Shown here one piece after another: positions 41,715 through 50,140 of a stretch of 64,000 nucleotides of DNA. Made by a program: the position numbers and the translations under genes. Each line of letters starts with the position of its first letter. Position 1 is the stretch's first letter. This stretch comes from Lysobacterales bacterium (GTDB lineage: Bacteria; Pseudomonadota; Gammaproteobacteria; Xanthomonadales; SZUA-5): the NCBI GenBank assembly GCA_019187485.1, contig JABAQR010000001.1:40359-104358 (forward strand), given 5' to 3'. The notes beneath the pieces were generated by a model. That model saw nothing but the letters and a program-made list of their open reading frames with translations. It was not told where the DNA came from and searched no databases.

Positions 41715-42232
41715 GCGTGCGTGCCCTCGACTTGCCGGAGCGCGCGCTGCTGCAGCGCTACCGGACCATGCCCGGCGCCTACAGCGACTGCTACGCGCTC
41801 GACCTGCCGCGCGCCGTCGCCTTGGCCGACTACGTGCACGCGTTCTATTGCACCTGGCTGTTCCGGCTGGAGCGGCTGGTGCTGCGACTGGCGGTCGCGC
41901 GCCCGTCCACCGACGCGCAGGCCGCCGAGCTCGGCGCCGGCACGCGCAGCGACTTCGCCGCCTGGACCGTCGAGGTGCGCGCGCCGCAGCAGTTGCTGCT
42001 GTGCGACCTTTACGGACGCACGCGTTCCTGGTTGATGACCGAAGCGCTGGCCGACGGCGGCACGCGCTGCTATTTCGGTTCCGCGGTGGTGCCACGCCGG
42101 GATCCGGGCGCGCGCGAGCCGCGCCTGGGCGGCGGCTACAGCGCGCTGCTCGGCCTGCACCGGCTGTACTCGCGCGCGCTGCTCGCGGCCGCCGCCGCGC
42201 GGCTGCGGCGCACCCCAGGAGACCTGCGATGA
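41711..42232 (+). CDS. Hypothetical protein (173 aa)
   Basis: It lies at the tail of track ORF 40961..42232. It has ATGA overlaps with both neighbours and high third-position GC. I recognise no family with confidence. Confidence 0.55.
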   Translation: MSVRALDLPERALLQRYRTMPGAYSDCYALDLPRAVALADYVHAFYCTWLFRLERLVLRLAVARPSTDAQAAELGAGTRSDFAAWTVEVRAPQQLLLCDLYGRTRSWLMTEALADGGTRCYFGSAVVPRRDPGAREPRLGGGYSALLGLHRLYSRALLAAAAARLRRTPGDLR

Positions 42233-42561
42233 CCGCCGACGAATTCCGCCAGCTCGCTCTCGCGCTGCCCGATGTGGTCGAACAGGCGCACATGCAGCAC
42301 CCGGACTTCCGCGTGCGCGGGCGCATCTTCGCGACCCTGGACCGGGCGGGCAGGCAGGGCATGGTCACGCTGGCGCCGGCGCAGCAGGCGGCGCGCATCG
42401 CCGCCGACCCGGGCAACTGGTCCGCGGCGAGCGGTGCCTGGGGGCGCCAGGGCTGCACGTGGGTGGTGCTGGCGCAGGCCGACGCCGGAGTCGTCGGCGA
42501 AGCCCTGCGCGACGCCTGGGAGCGCCAGGCGGCCAAGCCGCCGGCGCGTCGGCGCGGCTGA
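42229..42561 (+). CDS. MmcQ/YjbR-family protein
   Basis: MTADEFRQLALALPDVVEQAHMQHPDFRVRGRIFATL matches the N-terminal pattern of the YjbR/MmcQ family. It is the last gene of the overlapping five-gene string. Confidence 0.7.
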   Translation: MTADEFRQLALALPDVVEQAHMQHPDFRVRGRIFATLDRAGRQGMVTLAPAQQAARIAADPGNWSAASGAWGRQGCTWVVLAQADAGVVGEALRDAWERQAAKPPARRRG

Positions 42562-42600
42562 GCCCGCGGCTCTGTGGGGGTACCAGTGGGAGCATGTCCT

Positions 42601-42625
42601 GCGACCGCGCGGCGCCTGCGGTCGC
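42601..42625. repeat. GC-rich palindromic unit (REP-like)
   Basis: GCGACCGC-GCGGCGCCT-GCGGTCGC, preceded by CTGTGGGGGTACCAGTGGGAGC. Confidence 0.5.
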
Positions 42626-42683
42626 GGGATAGACCAGCTCTCCAAACACCCGATGACTCGCAGATCTTCGGACAGCAGATTGG

Positions 42684-42757
42684 TCCGCAAAGGACGCAAA
42701 GGACGCAAAGGAATCAAGAGCTTCTGCTTTCTTCGCGTCCTTTGCGTTCTTTGCGGA
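42684..42757. repeat. Hairpin element 'E': 30-nt arms built from three CGCAAAGGA 9-mers, with a 14-nt loop
   Basis: Left arm 42684-42713 is TCCGCAAAGGACGCAAAGGACGCAAAGGAA. The reverse complement of right arm 42728-42757 is TCCGCAAAGAACGCAAAGGACGCGAAGAAA, matching at 27 of 30 positions. It lies between convergent gene ends. Confidence 0.9.
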
Positions 42758-42847
42758 CAAGAAGCTCCTGTCGGTAGATGATGCGCGTGTCACGTAGTCC
42801 GCGTTGCGGACAACGTGACCTACGAAAACAATGACTTGTCGGATGTT

Positions 42848-42876
42848 CTGTGGGAGCGGGTTCATCCCGCGACAGG
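42848..42876. repeat. REP-like palindromic unit CTGTGGGAGCGGGTTCATCCCGCGACAGG
   Basis: The GCGGG-TTCAT-CCCGC stem-loop has CTGT/ACAG outer pairing. It resembles the TGTGGGAGCG..CGCGA-type REPs I recall from Pseudomonas/Xanthomonas-type genomes. Confidence 0.55.
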
Positions 42877-42934
42877 CATGCGGATGCGTCACCGGATGAG
42901 CCGGCTTCCACGCCTTCGATGTCCGGAGGCGCGC

Positions 42935-43567
42935 TCAGGATGCGGGCTTGATCTCGATCGGATACTCGGCCGCGGCCCCGTCGCCGCAGCTCACCCGCAC
43001 CAGTGCCTGGCCGCCCTGCAGCGCGCCCGCGGCGATGACCACGCTGGCGTAGCCGTACTCGTCGGGCACCGCGGTCGTCACCAGCGGCGCACGGCCAGGC
43101 TGCTGCACCTCGATGCGCGCCTCGCAGGCGTCCAGTTGCGCCACCGGCACCATCAGCACGACCGGCCGCGTCGCCCCGACGCGGGCCGCGGTCGCCGCAT
43201 CGCCGCTGCGGGTCTTGTCGACGTACAGCAGTTGCGCGCCGCCCGCGACCTGCGGTGGCACGCGCAGCAGCCAGCCACCGCCGACGCCGACCGCGAGCAG
43301 CAGGCTCGCGGCCATCGCCAGCGGCGCCCAGCGCGCGGGCCGGTGCAGCGGCACCACGTTGGCGCCGGCACCCGCGGCGGGATCGGCCGCGGAGCCACCG
43401 GCGGCTTTGGCTGCGCTCGCCAGGCCCAGGCGCAGCGCACTGTCGGCATCGACCATTTCCGCGAGGTCCGGGCGTTCCAGCAACAGCAGTTCGAAGGCCT
43501 CGCTCGCGGCGGCGTCGAGTTCGCCATCGAGGTAGGCGCGCAGCAGATAGTGGTCAAGAGCCGTCAT
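42935..43567 (-). CDS. Putative anti-sigma factor (single TM, periplasmic C-domain)
   Basis: MTALDHYLLRAYLDGELDAAASEAFELLLLERPDL is a typical anti-sigma N-terminal helix. It has a TM helix (WAPLAMAASLLLAVGVGGGWLL) and an ATGA overlap with the upstream ECF sigma gene. Confidence 0.7.
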   Translation of the reverse strand: MTALDHYLLRAYLDGELDAAASEAFELLLLERPDLAEMVDADSALRLGLASAAKAAGGSAADPAAGAGANVVPLHRPARWAPLAMAASLLLAVGVGGGWLLRVPPQVAGGAQLLYVDKTRSGDAATAARVGATRPVVLMVPVAQLDACEARIEVQQPGRAPLVTTAVPDEYGYASVVIAAGALQGGQALVRVSCGDGAAAEYPIEIKPAS

Positions 43568-44181
43568 CGGGACGCCCCGGTGTTGCTGCGGAAGGGGAGA
43601 GGGGCGGCCGCGGAACCTCCCACTGCGCGTTTTCCGGCATTCAGCTTTTCGAGCATCAGTTCACGCATGCGGCCGCGTGCCCGCGAGATCACGCGGTCGA
43701 ACTGGTCCTTGCCGAGTTCGAATTCAGCCATCAGCTCGGGTTTGCCGCGACCGTCGACATAGAAGCCGCGGATCAGCGCGCGATCGCGCTCGGTCGGCAG
43801 TTCCGCCAGCACCTGGCGCGCCAATGCGCGAATCTCGCCCTCCTCGCAGCATTCCAAGGGCGTCGGCTGGCGTTCGGCCCAGGCCGATTCGGCTTCGGGC
43901 AGTTCGTCGAAGGTGGCGGGACGCGGCTTGCGGGCATGTGCGAGCGCCGCGTTGCGGGCGCACTGCAGCGCATAGGCCGGCAGCGCCGCGGCGTCGCGCA
44001 GGCGCCCGGCCTGGATCGCCTGCCAGGCGGCGAAGGTGACTTCCTGTGCGAGATCGTTGGTGGCTTCGACATCCCGGGTCATGCGCAGCAGCAGCGCCCT
44101 CAGGCCGGGCACGCAGCGCATCAGCGCGTCGAAGGACGCACCCGAACCCTGCATTGGCGATTCCGTGTCGGCATCGGCCAT
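43564..44181 (-). CDS. ECF-type RNA polymerase sigma factor (sigma-70 family, regions 2 and 4)
   Basis: Region 2-like (ATNDLAQEVTFAAWQ) and region 4-like (LPTERDRALIRGFYVDGRGKPELMAEFELGKDQFDRVISRARGRMRE). Confidence 0.75.
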   Translation of the reverse strand: MADADTESPMQGSGASFDALMRCVPGLRALLLRMTRDVEATNDLAQEVTFAAWQAIQAGRLRDAAALPAYALQCARNAALAHARKPRPATFDELPEAESAWAERQPTPLECCEEGEIRALARQVLAELPTERDRALIRGFYVDGRGKPELMAEFELGKDQFDRVISRARGRMRELMLEKLNAGKRAVGGSAAAPLPFRSNTGASR

Positions 44182-44458
44182 GCCTGCGACGACTCCTGAT
44201 GCTCCGTCTCGATTCTGGACAATTTGGACCGGGAAGGCGAGTGGGCTTCACACTGGGGCTCCGGCCCGCGAGGGATGCAGCGTGGTCGCTCCGGTCGGGC
44301 TGAACAGCTTTGGACGCAAAGGGTGCGGCGGGACTTCGTGCGGCATGCCGTGCGCCGCAGGCCCGCGAAGTGTCGGCAGCATCCTTGCAGGGGCGGCATC
44401 ACCCGATCGCCCGCCGCGCGCCCGGACGTGTGCGTGCAGGCTCGCTATCGTCGCGCGC

Positions 44459-46219
44459 ATGCCCGCCCATCCGCTGCGCCGACTCGCCGACTACGCCTCC
44501 GCCCACCGCGCGCGCGCCTGGCGCGCAGCGAGTTTCTCGGCGCTCAACAAGGTCTTCGACGTCCTCCCGGAGCTGCTGATCGGGGTCGCGGTCGACGTGG
44601 TCGTCAACCAGCGCGACTCCTTCCTCGCGCAGCTCGGCGTGGTCGATCCGGTCACCCAGTTGTGGCTGCTGACGGCGCTGACGATCGTCATCTGGGTGCT
44701 GGAATCGAGCTTCGAGTACCTGTACGCGCTGAACTGGCGCGGGCTCGCGCAGGACCTGCAGCACGGCCTGCGCCAGGGCGCCTACGAGCACCTGCAGCAA
44801 TTGCCGCCGGACGCGGTCACACGCGCGCGCAGCGGTCGGCTGATGGCGCTGCTGAACGAGGACGTCAACCAGATCGAGCGCTTCCTCAACACCGGCGCCA
44901 ACGATTTGATCCAGGTGTTCGTGTCCTCGCTGCTGGTCGGCGCGGTGTTCTTCGTGCTGACACCGACCCTCGCGCTGCTGGCGATCCTGCCGGTGCCGCT
45001 GATCGTCGCCGGCGCCTTCTGGTTCCAGGCGCGCCTGCAGCCGCGCTACGCGGCCGCGCGCGAGGCGGCGGCGACGCTGTCGGCGCGGCTGGACAACAAC
45101 CTGCGCGGGATGGCCACGATCCAGGCCTACACCGCCGAGCGCTTCGAAGCGGCGCACCTGGCCGCCGCTTCGGACGGTTTTCGCGCGAAGAACGCCGATG
45201 CGATCCGTTTCTCGGCCGCGATCACGCCGGTGATCCGGATGGCGATCCTGCTCGGCTTCGTGGCCACGCTGCTGTACGGCGGCGTGCTGACGCTGCGCGG
45301 CGAACTCGGGGTCGGCAGCTACTCGGCGCTGGTCTACCTGACCCAGCGCCTGCTGTGGCCGATGACCCGGCTGGCCGACATGACCGACTTGTACAACCGC
45401 GCCATGGCCTCGGTGCAGCGCGTGCTCGACCTGCTCGACACGCCGCCGCCGGAACGCCGTCGCGGCCCGCTGCCGAAGCCGCTGCGGGGCGCCCTCGCAT
45501 TCCGCGATCTGCACTTCGACTACGAGGGTCGCGCGGCGCTCGCCGGCGTGTCCTTCGAGGTGCCGGCGGGCAGCACGGTCGCGCTGGTCGGCGCCACCGG
45601 CAGTGGCAAGAGCACCGTGTTGAAGCTGCTGTTGCGTTTCCTCGAACCGCGGCGCGGACGCATCGAACTCGACGGCGCGGACATCGCCGGCATCGATCCG
45701 GCGGCGCTGCGCGGGATCATCGCCTATGTCGGCCAGGAGCCCTTCCTGACCGATGGCAGCATCGCCGACAACATCGCCTACGGCGAGCGTGCGCCCGATC
45801 CGGTGCGGCTCGCGGCGGCGGCGCGCGCCGCCGAGGCCGCGGACTTCATCGCCGCGCTGCCGCAGGGCTGCGCGCAGCCGGTCGGCGAAGGCGGTGCCGA
45901 ACTCTCCGGCGGCCAGCGCCAGCGCATCGCGCTGGCACGCGCGCTCTACCGCGACCCGCGCATCCTGGTGCTCGACGAAGCCACCAGTGCGATCGACAAC
46001 GAGACCGAGGCCGCGATCGCGCACTCGCTGCGCAGCGCGGCGCGTGGCCGCAGCGTGCTGGTGGTCGCGCACCGGCTGTCCACCGTCCGCCACGCCGACC
46101 GCATCCACGTGCTGGAAGCCGGGCGGATCGTGGAATCCGGCAATCACGAGGAACTGCTGGCGGGCGCTGGCCAGTACGCGCGGCTGTGGCGGCTGCAGAC
46201 CGGGGAAGGCCTGGATTGA
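44459..46219 (+). CDS. ABC exporter, fused permease/ATPase (MsbA-like type I exporter)
   Basis: A 6-TM N-domain, then Walker A (GATGSGKST), signature (LSGGQRQRIALARAL) and Walker B (ILVLDEATSAID). The track ORF 44036..46219 was trimmed to MPAHPLRRLADY. Confidence 0.9.
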   Translation: MPAHPLRRLADYASAHRARAWRAASFSALNKVFDVLPELLIGVAVDVVVNQRDSFLAQLGVVDPVTQLWLLTALTIVIWVLESSFEYLYALNWRGLAQDLQHGLRQGAYEHLQQLPPDAVTRARSGRLMALLNEDVNQIERFLNTGANDLIQVFVSSLLVGAVFFVLTPTLALLAILPVPLIVAGAFWFQARLQPRYAAAREAAATLSARLDNNLRGMATIQAYTAERFEAAHLAAASDGFRAKNADAIRFSAAITPVIRMAILLGFVATLLYGGVLTLRGELGVGSYSALVYLTQRLLWPMTRLADMTDLYNRAMASVQRVLDLLDTPPPERRRGPLPKPLRGALAFRDLHFDYEGRAALAGVSFEVPAGSTVALVGATGSGKSTVLKLLLRFLEPRRGRIELDGADIAGIDPAALRGIIAYVGQEPFLTDGSIADNIAYGERAPDPVRLAAAARAAEAADFIAALPQGCAQPVGEGGAELSGGQRQRIALARALYRDPRILVLDEATSAIDNETEAAIAHSLRSAARGRSVLVVAHRLSTVRHADRIHVLEAGRIVESGNHEELLAGAGQYARLWRLQTGEGLD

Positions 46220-46326
46220 GGAGGAGCGGTGCGGGGGCGCATGGCGACCGCGGTGCAGGCTGCGCGCACGCGTTCCAGCGTCGCCACGCATCGCCGCGAA
46301 CCGGCCCGTTGGCCCGGCGTTCCGCG

Positions 46327-46358
46327 AGACCGTCCGCGCCGGCAGGCGCGGACGGTCT
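46327..46358. terminator. Perfect 14-bp GC hairpin between convergent genes
   Basis: AGACCGTCCGCGCC-GGCA-GGCGCGGACGGTCT. It lies 10 nt from the stop of the 46368..47333 gene. No U-tract follows. Confidence 0.55.
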
Positions 46359-46367
46359 TGATCGGAC

Positions 46368-47333
46368 TCAGGAACGACGGGTCAGCGCCACCCCGGCGAG
46401 CGCCAGCAGCGCGAGCGCGAGAGCGGCCAGGCCCCAAGTGCCGATGGCGGGCGCGGGCACCGCATTCTGCGAGCCGCCGATGATCGTCGGGATCGCGCCG
46501 AAGGAGGTCGCGGCCTGCAGAGTCACACTGGCGCCGGCGGGGACGTTGATATCCCACTGCAGGGCCGCACCGTTGTCGGTGCAGGCCGCGGGATTGACCG
46601 TGTTGTTGAGCGCGGCGGCGCCGATCTGGGTCCAGATGCTGTCGTATCCGTCGGCGCTGAAACCGCTCGGTGCGACGCTGCCCTGGGGGATGTGCAGAAT
46701 CGTGTATTCCGGCGTCACCCCGGCGCAGGTGCGACCGCCGGGCGAGCCGGAATTGGGTTCGCGGTAGGGCGTGCCGTCGTCGCTGTTGGCGAGGTAGATG
46801 TCGCTGCCCAGGAACACGCGTGCGCCGACGGTTCCCCCGGTGGTGTTGGTCAACGTGAAGGACTTGCGGAAGAAGTTGTCGCCATTGACGTAGCTCACCA
46901 CCTGGCTGACGTCGAACTGGGCGGTCTCGCCGGTCACGGTGACGCTGAAGGGCGTCGCTGCGCTGCCGTTGCCGCCGACGGCGCTGACCGAACGGTAGGC
47001 GTAGGTGCTGAAGGTGCCGATGCTGCTGGTGGCGGTACCGCTCGGGTGATCGCCGAAGGCCGGTGCGGTCAGTGCGCCGCCGGTGTCGATGAACCAGCCC
47101 ATGTCGGCGAGGGTGGCGCCCTGCGGGTAGATCTGGCCGAGCGTGCCGGCGCTGATCTCGGTGTTGTAGACCTGGAAAGCCTGGTCGGCGCCGACGTTGA
47201 TGATCAAGGGTGTGCCGCTGATGGTGGTCACGCTGACCGAGCCGCGGTCTGGATTGATGGTGCCCTTGGCCTGCAGGCCGGCTGCAGCCAGCGCGGCGAC
47301 CAGGGCAGTGACAGTCAGGAGTCCGTTTCTCAT
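46368..47333 (-). CDS. Secreted protein of unknown function with an IPTL-CTERM-like C-terminal sorting signal
   Basis: Signal peptide MRNGLLTVTALVAALAAAGLQA. The C-terminus reads ..IPTIIGGSQNAVPAPAIGTWGLAALALALLALAGVALTRRS, that is motif, hydrophobic helix, then a basic tail. The track ORF 46368..48671 was trimmed. Confidence 0.75.
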   Translation of the reverse strand: MRNGLLTVTALVAALAAAGLQAKGTINPDRGSVSVTTISGTPLIINVGADQAFQVYNTEISAGTLGQIYPQGATLADMGWFIDTGGALTAPAFGDHPSGTATSSIGTFSTYAYRSVSAVGGNGSAATPFSVTVTGETAQFDVSQVVSYVNGDNFFRKSFTLTNTTGGTVGARVFLGSDIYLANSDDGTPYREPNSGSPGGRTCAGVTPEYTILHIPQGSVAPSGFSADGYDSIWTQIGAAALNNTVNPAACTDNGAALQWDINVPAGASVTLQAATSFGAIPTIIGGSQNAVPAPAIGTWGLAALALALLALAGVALTRRS

Positions 47334-47510
47334 GTTTTTCAGTCCGTGGCGTGGGCGGGTGCGCCCGAATACGAAGAATACGTGAAGGGGCGCGTGCCGG
47401 TCAGCTACGACCGGCCTTGCGGGTGAGCGCGTGCATGCGGCTCCCTGCAATCCGTTACCGCGACGCCCAGGCGCAGCGCCTACACTGCGGATTCCGAGGG
47501 GGAGCGCCGC

Positions 47511-48635
47511 TTGAGCATCGAGGGTTTCGCGATCGTCTATCTGTGCGCGGCGCTGATCAACCTCACCAGCGCCGGCATGCTCGCGGGTCTTGCGCCCGGG
47601 ACCACTGTACGCAAGGCGCTGTGGATCTACGCCGGCGGTCTTGCGTTGACCGGCACCGCAATGCTGACGATGGCGCTGCGTGTGCCCTGGGGCCTGCCGG
47701 AGACCGGCTGGCTGCCGACCAATCTGTGCTTCTGGTGCGGCGCGCTGCTGCTGTGGCTGGCGGTATTCCGTCTGTTCGAGCGGCCCGCGCCCTTGCGCAC
47801 CTTTTTCATCACCGGTGTCCTGGGAGGACTGCTGTTGATGCTGCTTCACGACGATCCGCGCTGGCGCGGGGCGCGCAACCTGCTGGTTCTGGGTGGGCTG
47901 TCCGCCTCGATGCTCGGACGCGCCTGGCTGGCGCTGCGCCATCATCGCGCCGACGAGCGCGCACCGGCGCTGGCGCTGGCGGCGCTGCTGGGGACCAACG
48001 CATTGGTGATGGTGGTCGCGCTCGTCAGCCTGCAACGCTGGCCGCAATGGGTGGCTCCGGTGGGGCTGTCGGCGCTGTCCGCCGCGATCATCTCGGTGCT
48101 GGTACTGGTGGCCCTGTTGATGTTGGTGAATCGACGCATGCAGCGCTTCCTGCGCGAACTGGCCGATTACGACAGTCTGACCCGGGTACTCACCAGGCGC
48201 GCCTATTTTGAACGCGCCGAAGCGCGTTTTCGCGCCAGTACGTCGGGTCTGGACTGGATCGCGATGCTCGATTTCGATCACTTCAAGCGCATCAACGATG
48301 TGCACGGTCACCTCGCGGGCGACGCCGTGCTTCAGGCCGGCATCGCCGCCCTGCGCGCCGCACTGCCTCCGGAGGCCCTGCTTGGACGCTACGGGGGCGA
48401 GGAATTCGTATTGCTGTGGCCGGCGCAGGCGCCAGCGCCACCGGCCGCCCTGGAAGCCATCCGGTGTGCCGTCGGTGTGGCCGCCAGCGCCGCGATCAGC
48501 GAACGCGCGAGTGTGTCCATCGGGCTTGCCCGGCGCCTGCCCGTCGAAACGCTTGCGGCCACCATAGCGCGCGCGGACGCCACGCTTTATCGCACCAAGC
48601 AGCACGGCCGGGACGCGCTGCTGGTCGCTGCCTGA
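47511..48635 (+). CDS. Membrane-anchored diguanylate cyclase (GGDEF)
   Basis: TTG start, a multi-TM N-terminus and a GGDEF domain with an intact GGEEF (RYGGEEFVLLWP). Confidence 0.85.
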   Translation: MSIEGFAIVYLCAALINLTSAGMLAGLAPGTTVRKALWIYAGGLALTGTAMLTMALRVPWGLPETGWLPTNLCFWCGALLLWLAVFRLFERPAPLRTFFITGVLGGLLLMLLHDDPRWRGARNLLVLGGLSASMLGRAWLALRHHRADERAPALALAALLGTNALVMVVALVSLQRWPQWVAPVGLSALSAAIISVLVLVALLMLVNRRMQRFLRELADYDSLTRVLTRRAYFERAEARFRASTSGLDWIAMLDFDHFKRINDVHGHLAGDAVLQAGIAALRAALPPEALLGRYGGEEFVLLWPAQAPAPPAALEAIRCAVGVAASAAISERASVSIGLARRLPVETLAATIARADATLYRTKQHGRDALLVAA

Positions 48636-48754
48636 GCGCGGCTTCCGGCGCAAGTCTCGTCCGTGCAACACCGCCCGGCGCCTTGCTTGCGGCCATTGAG
48701 TAATCCCTGCTGCGCCCCCATCCTGAACGGTCCGACCCGCAGCGGACGTTCGCC

Positions 48755-50128
48755 TTGAGTTCCCCGACCGACAGCCGCAACGCGCCGCCGATCAGCGATC
48801 TCGGCGAGCTGGTCGACCATCTCGCACAGGGCGCGCGACCGGTCGAGCAGTGGCGCATCGGCACCGAGCACGAGAAGTTCGGCTTCCGCAGCGACGATTT
48901 GCGCGCGCCGACGTACGAGGGTCCGCGCGGCATCGGCGCGCTGCTCGACGGCATCGCCGAACGCTACGGCTGGGAGCGCGCCTTCGACGGCGAGCACGTG
49001 GTCGCCCTGACGCGCCCGGGTGCGGGTTCGATCACCCTCGAACCGGCCGGCCAGCTGGAGCTGTCGGGCGCGCAACTGGAGACCATCCATCAGACCTGCT
49101 GCGAGGTTGAATGCCATCTGCGCGAGGTGCGCAGCGTCGCCGACGAGCTCGGGCTCGGCTTCCTCGGCATGGGCTTCCAGCCGAAATGGAAACGCGAGGA
49201 CATGCCGTGGATGCCCAAGGGCCGCTACGGCCTGATGCGCGCCTACATGCCGACGCGCGGCAAGCTGGGTCTGGACATGATGACGCGCACCTGCACCGTG
49301 CAGGTCAATCTCGATGTCGGTTCCGAGGCCGACATGGTCCGGAAGTTCCGGGTGTCGCTGGCGCTGCAACCGGTCGCGACCGCGCTGTTCGCCGATTCGC
49401 CCTTCACCGACGGCGTGCCGAACGGCTATCAGAGCTATCGTTCGCAGGTGTGGACGGACACTGACCCGGACCGTACCGGGCTGCTCGACTTCGTGTTCGA
49501 GGACGGCTTCGGCTACGAGCGCTATGTCGACTACATGCTCGACGTACCGATGTACTTCGTCTACCGCGACGGCGGTTATGTCGACGCGCTCGGACAGAGC
49601 TTCCGCGATTTCCTCGGCGGGCGCCTGCCGGCACTGCCGGGCGAGCGACCGACGATTTCCGACTGGGCCGACCACCTGACCACCGCCTTCCCCGAGGTGC
49701 GCCTGAAGCGTTATCTGGAGATGCGCGGCGCGGACAGCGGGCCGTGGAACCGCATCTGCGCGCTGCCGGCCTTGTGGGTCGGGTTGCTGTACGACAGCGT
49801 TGCACTCGATGCCGCCTGGGAGCTGTGCAAGGACTGGACGCTCGCGGAGCGCCACCACCTGCGCGACCAGGTGCCGCGCCTCGGCCTGCGTACCCGGCAC
49901 CGTGGCGAGCATTTGCGTGCGCTCGCCGAGCGCGTGCTCGCGATCAGCGCCGAGGGCCTGCGCCGGCGCGCGCGTCTGAACCGCAACGGCGCGGACGAGC
50001 GGATTTACCTGGAACCACTGCTGGAACAGGTCGTTGCCGGGATCTCGCCGGCGGACCGCAAACTCGCGCTGTACCATGGCGCCTGGGGCGGCGACATCGA
50101 TCGCGTATTCCGCGAATTCGCGTACTGA
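48755..50128 (+). CDS. gshA: Glutamate-cysteine ligase, plant/proteobacterial GCS2 type
   Basis: TTG start. WRIGTEHEKFGF..ITLEPAGQLELSGA..TCTVQVNLD..LKRYLEMRGAD is typical of the GCS2-family enzyme of about 455 aa. Confidence 0.9.
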   Translation: MSSPTDSRNAPPISDLGELVDHLAQGARPVEQWRIGTEHEKFGFRSDDLRAPTYEGPRGIGALLDGIAERYGWERAFDGEHVVALTRPGAGSITLEPAGQLELSGAQLETIHQTCCEVECHLREVRSVADELGLGFLGMGFQPKWKREDMPWMPKGRYGLMRAYMPTRGKLGLDMMTRTCTVQVNLDVGSEADMVRKFRVSLALQPVATALFADSPFTDGVPNGYQSYRSQVWTDTDPDRTGLLDFVFEDGFGYERYVDYMLDVPMYFVYRDGGYVDALGQSFRDFLGGRLPALPGERPTISDWADHLTTAFPEVRLKRYLEMRGADSGPWNRICALPALWVGLLYDSVALDAAWELCKDWTLAERHHLRDQVPRLGLRTRHRGEHLRALAERVLAISAEGLRRRARLNRNGADERIYLEPLLEQVVAGISPADRKLALYHGAWGGDIDRVFREFAY

Positions 50129-50140
50129 ACTGGAAAGCCC

